Shown here: positions 36,883 to 48,878 of the stretch, piece by piece
Layout of the letters: each line of letters opens with the position of its first letter
How positions within the stretch are numbered: the first letter of the stretch is position 1
Origin: Oculina patagonica
Taxonomy: Eukaryota
Length of the DNA stretch: 64,000 nucleotides
Direction: 5' to 3'
Assembly: GCF_052425735.1 (NCBI RefSeq)
Contig: NC_135763.1
Coordinates: 37,386,001-37,450,000, forward strand
Made by a program: the position numbers and the translations under genes
Notes under the pieces: model-generated
Told to the model about the DNA's origin: nothing
The model's input: only the letters and a program-made list of their open reading frames with translations
The model's database searches: none

Positions 36883-37531
36883 TATTAAACAAATTATTTA
36901 GCTTGTATAAAACAGTTAGTTTTAAGTCTTGGGTCTGGTTTGCCCATCCAGAGTTAATATAATTATAAATATTGATTATTGATAAGAAATACATATAATA
37001 AAAATAAATCAGGTTTATTTGTACATTAATATTTGTAAACTGGGATACCAGATCTGTTGTACCATATGAACGGCTGTCAATAAAATTGGGAGGGTAAGGT
37101 GCAAAATGTTGTCACTTAACAAATTTCACATTTTTTGTTTTGTTTTGCTATTGTGGGTGAAAGAAGCTGGTTTTTTTAATTCAAGACATTTGCAGCCAAA
37201 ACAGTTAACAAATAGCGGGTCTTTTTTATGCAACACAAATGAACACAATTCAAAGAACAGCGATTAAAACAAGTGCTGGTTTAAAACTACTATTCAATAT
37301 TTTGACCAGTCAGAACACTAGCCTAGCTACAAACGCAGGTCTATGTAGTTCTGGCTGTCGTTTCTCTCCCTCGAAAGGTAGAAATGACAGCCGGAAAAAT
37401 GTCTGCATTCGCTGGCTAAAACAACATGTGACCAAGATAAAATATGTTTGGCCGGCCAACATGACCAGCAACTGTAAGATTATTTTGAGCCCTTTTTGCA
37501 GAGCCTAATGGTTAGAACACTGGACTCTGGA

Positions 37532-37866
37532 TCCCAGGGGGGGGGGGGGAGGGGGTACTTGCAGTATACATGACAGGGAGGTCAGACGTATTTTTTTTCG
37601 GTTGAAAAATTTACACCCTCGGTATTTTTTTGGGTCAAGAGATCTGTCATATATTTTTTTAGGTCTTAAAGTCTGTTTTATTGAATAAATCAGTAAGGAG
37701 GTGCTAGGTCTTGTACTTTTTGGGGTAAAAAAAATTTTTGATGCCAGGTATTTTTTTGGGTGTAAAATTTCAGGCTCATGTATTTTTTTGGGGGTTCCCA
37801 ATATGAAGCTCCGTCACCACCCCCCTCCCCCCATCATGTATACTGCAAGTACCCCCCCCCCCCTGG
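37532..37866. mobile_element. MITE with CCCAGGGGGG...GTACTTGCAGTATACATGA termini
   Basis: Inverted termini GGGGTACTTGCAGTATACATGA / TCATGTATACTGCAAGTACCCC. Related fragments at about 7732-7900 and 10610-10741. Confidence 0.75.
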
Positions 37867-40800
37867 GCTCTGGATCTACTGTTGTCCTGGTGCAAACATT
37901 GTGTTCTTGGGCAAAACACAAGGGACTCTCCACCCAGGAGTATAAATAGGTCTAAACAGCTAACTGTTGGGCTGACCTGACAAAATGTTACAACGGACTA
38001 TTATCTCACCCAAAGGGAGTAACATTCATTCTAGTCACTTCAGGCCACAGAAACAATCAAGTACAGAGTTTACATTTTACGTAGATGTATTTATTGGTCA
38101 CTCTAGAAACAAAGTATCTGGGAACAATCCTAGTTCCCTGTAGATTTTGACAAAGTCACGGTTTCGCTTCTCATTTCCGGTCTTACCTTGTGAGCTTGAC
38201 TTGTACGCAAGTCTTAGTGCCCTGTAGATTGTGTCTTGCTGAAAAGCGGCCATTTACACATACCTTAACACTTACTTTAATTTACCATGGGTTTCTTTTG
38301 CGGTCGAAGCATTGCCCATTGTCTGGTTACCTATTTTATTTATTTATTTTATTTATCCATGCTTGGGGGTGAGACATTTGTACAAAAATTCTCAGCTAGT
38401 TTTGTCCTATGCCTAACTCCCCCTTCCACCCCCCCCCCCCCCACCACCACCACCACTATCCTGTAACATAATGCTGATAGTTGCATAATGTTTTGTGTAA
38501 ATTATGAAAAAACATTTACCACAAGTTAATCAAATCGGCTGTAACTGATAGAAGTGCATGTTTTTATTAATTTTACTACTTTTATAAAATTACTAAAAAC
38601 TTTCATGTGGTTTTTAAGGTTTAATAGCCAATAGGTATTAATTTATCAGAAATGCATACATATATTAAAAATATTGTACATAATTTATGATTCAAACTGG
38701 GAAATTATGTAAGGATTAAAAATCAAAATATCATTCAACAAATTAATTATTATAAATAGTTACTAACTTCTTATGCAAAATGTTTTGCCCAAATAAATTT
38801 GCTTACTATTTGAGTGCCAGTTGTATAAAAAAAAAGCCTGATGTAAATAACGTGATCAGAATTGTGAAAAATACTTCCTACATTGAGACTGTAACATTGT
38901 TTTTCCTCTGAGAAGTAAAAATAAATGAATTAAACAGAAACTTAACACAAGCCTGTAAAACGTCAAAGGGTAGAGAAACAGGACAATCATTGCTTACGTC
39001 GGGGCTCTTTGGGCTCCTTATAAGTATTCATATTTTTAACGAAAATTAAATTTTGTCTGGGAAACTTTTTGATACGATGAATTGATAGCGATTGTGCCAT
39101 TTTGTAACCTCGTTTCTCGTCTTTTTATACAGGGAGTCTTAGCATCGAGGTCCAAATCCTTACCCTTTTATAAACCATTCTTGACAGAAAAAGTAAACCT
39201 CTCGTATACCTTCGATAGAAAATGGTACCCCTTTCATATACGTACGGAAGGGATACCTCAACTCTTACTTTTTCACTTGGATAACTTGTAAAAAATAAAA
39301 TAATAAATTAATCGACCGGTCAGAGGGTCTGTTCTAGATATTTTGAAAGGTCGTTTAAAAACTATAATAACTATAATTATATACCTGCAAACTGAAAAAG
39401 GCCACCCTTCGGGCGGAGCCTCCCCGTATGGTCTACTTTAGTCACTATAGGGAATACCCCCTCCCCGGGTTTGTAACTGGCCAATTTGACGGAGTCCACT
39501 GAACACTAAACAAATATTTTTGTCAAATTTATAAATGTAGGTGTGACGAGTTGCTACATAGCCATACAGACGTCTAATGTATATGATTGGGGCATTTTCT
39601 AAATGAGAGATAAATAGACAATGTCGCGTACTGTTTTCATTAGTTGACGCACTTGTAAGTTTTAAGAAAAATAGAATATTCATGAAACAACAGTATTAGG
39701 CAATCAACTCCAAATTAAAGTTGTACGTTTGCCAAATTTTATTTGCATGGGTCAACAAACATGTACAAATTAATATTACAAAACTTGCGGTGTTTGTAAA
39801 TTGCGTACAATACGCGTACGTCTTTTTTACAATATGATAATGCCGCGTTCCTTTAGATCATCGTGAAAGGACTGTCTGGTCGGTTATTAACGCTTTTTAC
39901 GTTTTTGTGACCATTCAAATGAAAGCTATTGGGCAATTCTTTACGTGGTAATGTTTAAGTATGTGGATTAAACCCTGTGTGCGACCACTCAAATAAAAGC
40001 TATTGATCATGAGCAATACTTAAACTTGGTGCTGTTCATTTCTTTAATATTTTGTAAAGTGGAATTTGTTTTGACCGTGTTTCGGCATTTTTCAAAATCT
40101 ATCAGTTCTATCCCTATTATGATCTATTACCCATGTCGAATTTATTAGTCACGCGACATAAAACTTAACCTGCTATTCAGGCGTTCTTTTTTTATCCCCC
40201 CTTTCACTAATTTATGGTATTAATTCTGTCAACAAGTACTATATGAAATAAATGAACGATGGTGTGGAGAATTTGCTTATCGCTATTTGTTTTTGTTTTT
40301 TTAACGCGCGCTTTTGCAATTTATCTTCAGTGGTTACAACATTCACTGTGACAACACATTGACAGTGCTTCAAGAGTTTTACCTTTTCCGATTTATTTAA
40401 CAAAAAGGTATACGTACCCTTACATATCTTTGCATACTAATCAAAAAATATGTACAACACATGTTCGAAAAGGTTTTTGTGTACTTAAGCACTTGCTGAA
40501 TTTTTTTTGCATAATCTGGTTACATGGTATGCTTTCAGGCGTTTATATACTTTAATTTGTTACTCTCACAAAGCAACAATATCCATGATCAGTCTGGGAC
40601 TGCTACAGAAGTTAAATGTTCTTCTATACAACTACAAACAGGCTAATAAAACCGGTTTTACGCAACGCACGATTCAAGTTGAGTAAGTTGGCTTGATTGA
40701 TTGACATCCGCTAAGCCGTGATTCCAGGCGTTGCTAAGAAACAGCAAACTCACTTCAAGGCCAGTTTGTCCGGGTATCATTACATAACACAACTTGCATC

Positions 40801-40972
40801 GCTTTTATAACTATTGTACACTGATTTACGTTGTTTTAAAGTGTATCTACAATGATCACTATTCAATGGTCTCTCAAATCTCTACATACTATACAAATTA
40901 TTCGGATGCAAGCTTAGCTTTTTAAACTAAGTTACTCTGACTGTAGTTTTTGTAGCTTGCGACTTGTCTGTT

Positions 40973-42106
40973 TTACTTGTTAAGCGTAGTAAAATGGCTA
41001 TGAGCTGTAGGCGAAAGCTCTTGTCTGCAGGGCGGCATAACTGTAGAGATTTTTCTCTGTCGTGTCGGTTTTTCAGCCGGCTTTGCAGGCGTAGCGCTAT
41101 TGAACCCCGGCACAGCCATCCTAAAGAAGCAGGCTCCCCGAAAGATTTCTGCCTGTTCACTCTTTGGCAGATCTTTTACCAATTTCACCGTTTGCTGCCA
41201 GCGACAGATCTCTTTGCTAATTGTGGGCGCCGTCTCGCTCGCCACAGTCACCCTCCTTTGCAGCTGTTTCCTTCTCTTGATAAGCGCTTCGGCTGGAGTT
41301 TCACCTCCTTTCTCTGCGTTAGTTCCAGCATTTTCTTTGCACCCTTCTTGTGTAAGACCTTCCAACTTCGGAGCGACACACTGCGAAATGCTTCTTGAAT
41401 TCTTTGGTTTTAGTATGGCGGCGTCGCCGCTGTTCTCCTTTTCGTCCCAAGCGTGGAACCTTGTTGGGGCGTTTCCTGATTCTTTTTCGCCCCCCACCAT
41501 GAAACGTTTTGGGGCCACAACTTCTGACAAACTACGTCGATACTTTGGCTTGGCCTGTTGAGCTGAAACTAGCCGACGGGGACTGCTGGGCTGACTGCAA
41601 GTGCTGTGGGTCTTGCCTTCGTCTTCCACGCCTCCTTTTTCGTCAGCTAAATTCGCTGACAAGGTAAGAGACTTCTCAGAAAAGCTCCTACGATACCTTG
41701 GTTTGGATGTTACGCAATCGCCTCTCGGTTCCAAACAAGCTTGTGACGGCTGCTGTTGTTGTTTCTCAGTGCCTTTTGTCAAACGTGGCAAGGAGCAAAC
41801 ACTGTTCGGTGCGACTTTGAGCGGTGGGCGGCATTGCTCTCCGTTTTTCGCGTCATAGTACTTGGCAATGTACAAATGTTGCAGGGCAAAGTTGGACATT
41901 TTTGCGGTTGTTTCCCGAAGAATCTTGTTTTTCATCTTGTCAATCTCGTCCAGCTTTTTGCAAAGCGACTTTTCTTCGCAAGGATTCTTGCTCAGCAGAG
42001 CAATTGATAAACTACTCTTCATTTCGACACTTGCCTGCTTTCTGCGTTCACTTGTTGCTCTACTTTGTAAGAAGTTCACGCTACAACTGTGGCTAAGATT
42101 TAACAT
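40973..42106 (-). CDS. Single-exon 377-aa Ser/Lys/Arg/Glu-rich, probably disordered protein of unknown function
   Basis: 1134-nt uninterrupted ORF with higher GC than its flanks. Internal repeats KPRYRRSFSE, KPKYRRSLSEVVAPK and KPKNSRSISQCVAPK. No recognisable domain. Confidence 0.7.
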   Translation of the reverse strand: MLNLSHSCSVNFLQSRATSERRKQASVEMKSSLSIALLSKNPCEEKSLCKKLDEIDKMKNKILRETTAKMSNFALQHLYIAKYYDAKNGEQCRPPLKVAPNSVCSLPRLTKGTEKQQQQPSQACLEPRGDCVTSKPRYRRSFSEKSLTLSANLADEKGGVEDEGKTHSTCSQPSSPRRLVSAQQAKPKYRRSLSEVVAPKRFMVGGEKESGNAPTRFHAWDEKENSGDAAILKPKNSRSISQCVAPKLEGLTQEGCKENAGTNAEKGGETPAEALIKRRKQLQRRVTVASETAPTISKEICRWQQTVKLVKDLPKSEQAEIFRGACFFRMAVPGFNSATPAKPAEKPTRQRKISTVMPPCRQELSPTAHSHFTTLNK

Positions 42107-44262
42107 TATTTAAGCCCATCAGTTAATTAAGTACCATTTAGTTGTTTGAGCAACGAAGCATTCCAATAAGTTAGTTCTTCTGTGCGACGGGTTCGTTTAT
42201 TTACTTTGACCAGGCTTAGCTTAATTCTTGTTTGAACAACACCTTTTGGTCTTTTCCGAAGAGTCCACGTGCAGTGCACGCTGATGGCTGATTCTGAAGG
42301 GCACAGCAGTATAGAGTACACAGTGTAGCACGATACCAAGCTAAATCCTCGTGCATGGTTAAGGCCGTGCACGCGGCTATCCAGAAAAAACGTATTAAAA
42401 AAGTTATCTGCTTTTCCTAGGTCTGCAATTTCTTTGTACATGTCTGCAGCGACTTTGCCTGTGCTTTTATTTTATTGCTCAAAAAGGTGAAAAAATGAAA
42501 CGTGCAAAAAGGATCAACTACGTTCCATTGAATGCACGTGTAACTGCAGACACATTGAGTGACACGTGAGATGTTCAAAGATTTTTTAATGAACAGAACA
42601 ACGCATGCAAGTCACTTTACGAAAGCTTCTATCGCTAAATTGTAGTCGATAGGCAGCACATGGATTCAGTTTCGCACCAACGTTTCCGAATTTTCTTTTC
42701 CGCTCAGTTACATAATAAAGTGCTTATGTGATACGCAATACACTCTTTGGTTACGTAACAAGTCGCGCGAAAATCACATCCTCGCGTGAAAAACGCACGA
42801 GAACACAGCCGACTCCCAAGGCAGGGGCTACGTCACGGCGCTTTTCAGTTTGTTTTCTTTACGGTCAGTACTGAGTAAAAACGCTGACCGCGGACTTCGG
42901 TCTGGGTATAAAAACACTGAATGAAGTATAAAACGCGAGCTACTGACTGCGGACTAGGTGTTAAATACGGACAAGGGTATAACATGCGGACTAAACATAC
43001 AAACTGCTTATAAACGTTAACTGAAGGGAAAATAACAAGAAGCAAGGCTGTAAGCATAAAAGTTGATTAACCTCAACAAAGTTAGGCTTTTTCCCGCAGA
43101 AAGCCTGCTTGTAGGCAACGGCAAAGTTCGTCGGACAGACGGCCAAAACAGTCAAAACAGTCAAAACAGCTAAAAACTTTGTCCAAGTGTGAGAAACTAA
43201 TTCTTTTTTTGTTTCCTTTACTCTAGTCTTCCATTGTTGGAGTTGAAGTGGAGACTCGTTTCAAGACTCAAAATGTTGTTGATTTCATTCAGTAGGCATG
43301 TGAGAATCTGAAAATGAAAACCGGATCAGACATCTTTTCCCTGTACGTTTCTCTTCCGCCAGTAGAATTTTTTAGCCTCTTCATTACATCAAAATTTTGT
43401 TCCTCTCCTTTGGTATTATGGGAGTGTTATAAAATAAGCGAGTGGCGAAACGTGAGAACAAACCTTGTGCTAGTAAGCGAAAGGATGCAAATTTTAGCCA
43501 AAGTGAAACGTGTATGTTTTGTGAAGCCAGACAATAATCCACTCAACAATCGAGTTTGGATTTTGGTTTTGAATCGAGCTGCCGTTTTAACAAGGAATTA
43601 CTGACTCATTTCGAAAATGGAATGTTGAAGAAAAAATGAAAGCAAATTCCTATTTATAATGAATCATTAATTCACTCTTGAACGAAAATTAAACCTTTCA
43701 GTTGTTTTGTCCGTAAGGGCTCCGATCCGAAAGGTAGGTTCAATTGTTTTGACTGTAGGAAACTTTGCCGAGGTAGACTAGCTCGGGGTGAATGCCTACG
43801 AAGTTCAACGGACGACAAAACTTTGAACAAGACGTTTACACTCTCTTCGATAAAAAACAACAACGTATAAATACGAGCCGACAACGATTAACACAAGGTC
43901 CCATAAAGTCGTTGCGTTGCATGCCATCACTTGCGCAGTCTTGGCGCGCAAAATAATTTAATTTATGCTTTACATCCTTGATCGGTTCTCGTTATTTTTA
44001 TCCGTAGTTCACTTTTAAACGCATTTTATATGCTTAGTCCGCACTTTATACCCTTGTCCTGGTCCGCAGTCCGTAGCCCGAATTTTATATCTCAATTCGT
44101 GTTCTACCCTTCGTACGCGTTGCGTGCCCTTGTTTTGAATCATTGGAGACTGGTATCGACATGTGACGACGCACATGACTGATGAGATGCATTGATGCAA
44201 TGCACATCGCATCAGATGGGAATACAGCAATTTCTTCTTCGCTTAACTTGGCTTTACTTCAC

Positions 44263-45348
44263 ATGTTTACAATAAGACGGAGACGCCGATTTCTTTGGCT
44301 AGCACTATGCATTACAGTGATTGCACCTTTAATATATTTCGTCAAGAATATCTTGAACGATTTCACACCAGAAAACATCCAAACTGATCTCAGAAAACCT
44401 CACAGCAATTACGAAATCATTTTGCCTATCACTGAACCAAGCGGATACCTTGAGCAACCTTTATTTCTTTTTGTGATCATTTCATCCTCTCCAAACAAGC
44501 AAGAAAACGCGGAAAGGAGGGCCATGATACGTCAAACTTGGGGAAATTTCAAAAGAACTCACATACGTGGCGATCAACCCTGGAAAATTGTGTTTATGAT
44601 GGGAAAAGCTTCGAGCTCTGAAATGAATAAATCCATCATGGCGGAACACGAGAAATACGGAGACTTGCTAATCGGTGATTACACAGACGGTTATCGAAAT
44701 ATTACCACGAAACTTCTAATGGCATTTCAATGGGCATCAAAAATTAGATGTAATTATATTCTGAAGACGGATGACGATGTTTATATCGATATACCCAAGT
44801 TGATTGAGTGGTTGAACGTTAATGGTGACCCAAGTTCTTTTTACGGAGGAGTTCTATATAGTGGAATCGTAGTGAGAGATGAAACTCATCGTCATTTTGT
44901 TGCTGAGGACGAGCTACCTTTGAATAGATACCCCATGTTTTGTAAAGGGGCCATGTTTGTAGTTTCATGGAGTTTAGTTCCAAAAATGGTCGAGTTATCG
45001 AGAAAGGTGACAAGAATTCCCCCAGACGATGCTTATGTCGGCATTTTAGCGAATCAGCTTGGGATTTATCCAGTGAGAATTGATGGATTTTTTCAAGCCG
45101 GTTGGTTACAGTGGGTTTTCAATTTTGTCAGCATTTGTCAGTTGCGAGATGTTCTAGGAATTGGTGATTCTCTTACTCCAGATGAAGTGAATTATGTTCA
45201 CCAACTTAAAACTTCTTTGTCAAACCGTGAAAGTTTTTACACAGTTTGTATATCGATTCATATGAAGTTTCTTCTTCTATTGTTATTCGTTTGTACTTGT
45301 TTGCTGGTCTGTTGCTACAGAATATGCTGTCGAAGAAAACATTCCTAA
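44263..45348 (+). CDS. GT31 family beta-1,3-galactosyltransferase-like protein, copy A (361 aa)
   Basis: Single exon. N-terminal RRRRR plus TM, then RRAMIRQTWG, EHEKYGDLL, DGYRNITTKLL, ILKTDDDVYI (DxD), YPMFCKGAMF and DDAYVGI. Start placed at 44263 by alignment with copy B; the upstream in-frame ATG at 44182 is not shared. Confidence 0.9.
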   Translation: MFTIRRRRRFLWLALCITVIAPLIYFVKNILNDFTPENIQTDLRKPHSNYEIILPITEPSGYLEQPLFLFVIISSSPNKQENAERRAMIRQTWGNFKRTHIRGDQPWKIVFMMGKASSSEMNKSIMAEHEKYGDLLIGDYTDGYRNITTKLLMAFQWASKIRCNYILKTDDDVYIDIPKLIEWLNVNGDPSSFYGGVLYSGIVVRDETHRHFVAEDELPLNRYPMFCKGAMFVVSWSLVPKMVELSRKVTRIPPDDAYVGILANQLGIYPVRIDGFFQAGWLQWVFNFVSICQLRDVLGIGDSLTPDEVNYVHQLKTSLSNRESFYTVCISIHMKFLLLLLFVCTCLLVCCYRICCRRKHS

Positions 45349-45474
45349 ATTAAATTGAATTAAATTTATTTATTATTTTAATAAAATGAGAAAATTTGAA
45401 TGCAGTTGAAATGTTACAGCTTGTGTGATGGGGGAGGAAAAATTGGAAAAGGTGATGGGAATTAGGGGTGGTGA

Positions 45475-45650
45475 TAGCCTGTTCCAGGCATTCGGTTAGT
45501 TGGGAAGAGGCGCAAGGAACAGCGAGCGAAAAAATGACGAGAGGTCTAAGGCGAGGGGGCGTTCTTCTCCCCACCCCCCTCCCCTAATTTTTTCACTCGC
45601 TTTTTTTTTTTGCACCGCTTTCCAACTAACCGAACGCCTGGAACAGGCAA
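45475..45650. mobile_element. TAG-ended MITE with a 9-bp TSD, absent from the paralogous site
   Basis: TAGCCTGTTCCAGGCATTCGGTTAGTTGG...CCAACTAACCGAACGCCTGGAACAGGCAA is flanked by GGGTGGTGA and GGGTGGTAA. The paralogous site near 52129-52137 has a single GGGTGGTGA. Confidence 0.85.
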
Positions 45651-47064
45651 GGGTGGTAAATTGTCCTTCAAAAAATGCGTATCTGTGTATCTTGCAAACT
45701 TTTAGCCAAATTTCGAATTTTTCTTTGACACCTTCTCAGGATCTCGATTTCATTTGCAAGGTTTAAAAGGTCTTGGCTTGCAGAAAAGATATCAGTCTTG
45801 CTGCCTCCTAAAGTCGTGCATTATCCCTTCCACACCCCTGGAATTGGAAGTCTACAAGAGAGGACAAGGGATTCCCAAGTTGGTGGAAATCCAAGAGAAA
45901 TAGGGAAAAAATTGTTATGTGTAGTTTTTTGCAATGTGCAATCTCAGGAGATATACCCACTCCAAGAGTAGTCTCCTTCACAGCTGTTATTTGGGTCATC
46001 ATGTAACACTTTTCCCCACAAACGTCTAACAGTCGCTTAAACCCAAACCACATTTGTTTTCTTTTGTTTTGACCCCAGTAGCTTTGCACCTTTTGGCAAA
46101 AAAGTGACAGTGGCTTAGAATTATGTGATAGCCAATAGAGCATAACCTGGAGCGTGCAAATTTCCATATATTTGTGACAGCATTTTCACAAGTAGCCAAG
46201 CCTTACCCCACGAAAATTACTGCTTCCAAAGAAGTCACCTACTGCTTTGCAAGGAAATACTGAAATCATCGCTCGAAATGCTGTCAGAACTGCACTTCAG
46301 AGAAAATTCCTTGTATGTGTCCACCATGTTAACTTCCCATCTGGACAAGGTACTGTAGTTACATATCAACAGAAAATCGTAACTAAAAAAAATTAACTTG
46401 TGAAAAATATGCAGGGATGTAGCTAAGAAAAGGCTAAGCCAACTTATCAACCAGCCAGGCTGCCTTTTCTGGCCTTGGCAGCTTTAAAAGTTGACCCAAG
46501 TCATTTTCATGTGAAACTTCAGCCGGATTTACATCCTTTCAGCCAGGGAAATAAGCCGACAGCCAACATCCCTCAAAATGCCGTTTCACAGACAAAGTAT
46601 GGACCGCAGTTGCTTGCTCTGGGTAATGGGCTCATGATGAGCCAAGTCTTGATTGGCTAAACCGGTGAGAGAAGTGTGGTTGAATCTGATCTTGCTGATG
46701 GGTACAAGGGTTATCATGTTTAAAGTTGGTCAAAGTTACTCAACAACTTTACTTCATGTTGATCCTTTCTTAGTGAAAATTTTGGGGTTTCATTTGAACA
46801 AGAGATCATTTAATTAAAACATCTTTTAATACAAGATTCAAACTTGAATATATAAAATAACATTAAATAACTTGACAACTCTGACTTGCTTTTGAACTGA
46901 TAAGTTAAACATGAAGATGCACTTAAGCATAAGTTTACGATTCCAAATATTAATATGACATGGAAAGTAAAATGTTGGAGCCTAGCCCCATTTATAGTAA
47001 ACCTTCATGTATAATGCTTAATAAAATTTGATCTTTTCTTTTGAATTATACAACACAAAGAATG

Positions 47065-48878
47065 TTAGATATCTAAATCATCATCAGGATCATCTTCATC
47101 AAAGTCGTCTGCTTCATCAGGTTGATAGAAGACTTTCCCCTCCCCTGTAGGGTTAACTGTGACCTCGCTGCTTTTCTTCTCTTCATGATACATGTAAGGT
47201 AGTTTGAGGTTGGAGCGAGCTTGGCGTTCATTGTCTGTCAGTTTGAGGTTAAATGTGAGGTTTTGAGTTGGATCAACCTGTGAGAGAATGAAAAGTAACT
47301 TTTAAGTGAAAATTAAATTATTTGATGTATAGTGAAACATGAGGCTTGTGGTGAAATCCAGTTTCTATGACTAGAAGTGGCTAGGATTATTGCTACAGCC
47401 CATGAATGGGATGTTAATCCTTCGCAAGTTACCCAGCCTCAACAATTTTGCCAGGTCTTTTCCAACATTATTATCTGCTGATAACATTAATTTTATAAAT
47501 TTTCTGAGCGAAAAGAGGTACAGTGAGAGTAAAGTGTCTTTGTGCAAGATCCCAACACAACACAATAACCCTGGAGAGGGCTTAAATTAGAACCCCTCCA
47601 CTAAGAGTCTGACACACCAACCACTAGCCCACTGCACCTCTCAAAATAACAAAGCTATTTTTCAGTTTTTAATATTTTTTTTATTATAAATTTTTGTTGG
47701 AAGAGCATGCAGGTTACGTTGTCATAATAAATTATTATGCTCACCTCTTTGACTGCCATTGGTTCACTGTGAGCTGTATAAGAGGAAGCATTCCAATCTT
47801 TTTCTTCATTTTCTATCAGTTCATATTCATCACTGATGGTGGGGAAGCTTTCAACCTTGAACAAGAATTGATTTTGTAATATGTTAATTTTAATTTGACT
47901 TGCCCTACTGGCTTGCAAAAACACAGAAAGACTCCTAAAATATACAGCAGTACTTAACACCCTATAAAAATTCACATTTTTAAAGATATTGTTAAATTTT
48001 TGTCAGTTAAGTTTTAACTTGCAAATATACCTTTCTGATCACTTTTCCAGTTTTCCTTTTGTGAAGAATTTTACACCAACTAACTGATTGATCTGAAAAA
48101 AGTATTTAATACCTAATGAAATTATAAACCAACAACTCATGCAATGTAACATACGTACACTATAAAAACACATTTATTTCTTTTGCAGTGCTAACATTTT
48201 TTGTAAAATATTATCATTATAAAGCAGAGATAAAATTCAACTAATGATATTTTACCAGCATCTTTTGGTTCATTGTCTTGTGTTATCCAAAGTAGAGTTG
48301 AAGCTAGGAAATTGACAGCATTTAACGTCTGATCATCATGAAGATCTGCATGCACCAAACCAACAACCTGAGCAACGTGATAACCTGGCAGGAATAAAAA
48401 TTAAACTATCTCACTGAATGACATCTGTAACTCTTCTCTGCTGGGCAAGGTTAGAAAAATAATATTATACTTAGTAACTCAAAAGTGAAAATGACATATA
48501 GTACTGCAGTATCGATAGTATTTCTTGAATTTTTGTCTGAAGGCCTTATGGAAATATGAGACGGAATAAAATGAAACATGTTCAACAAGTAGATTTGCAT
48601 GGATTTCCTTAATTCACAACTGCCAGCAATGGATACAGAGGTGCTCAAAGTACGGGAGGGAGGGGGGTAGGTTATATATTTCCAGCATAAGGGGAGCCAG
48701 GGGGTCCTGAGTGCATTGCAGTGTAAAACAACTACATGCCATTAACAGTGCATACCTGCCTGTGAGTCCAGAGGGTCGGAATACAGCTGATTAAGTAATG
48801 TACACACTGCTGACGAGGATTTCCATAGCAACAGTCTACTTAGGGAGTTAATTACAACAGCTACTTTTACCACGTTAC
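47065..48878 (-). other. ELP5: Duplicated ELP5 exons 6-10 lacking exons 1-5; open frame, splice sites intact (alternative 3' module or partial duplicate)
   Basis: Exons 48878-48756, 48384-48256, 48092-48031, 47855-47745 and 47277-47065. No stops or frameshifts, one in-frame Pro codon insertion, and the last exon is protein-identical to 53513-53301. Confidence 0.85.

Noticed and set aside
40927-42113. Several overlapping ORFs around the 377-aa ORF
   Set aside because: Shadow ORFs of a higher-GC coding region with no recognisable motifs.
44182-44262. 27-aa N-terminal extension of GT31 copy A
   Set aside because: Not conserved in copy B; the shared ATG at 44263 gives a typical short type II cytosolic tail.
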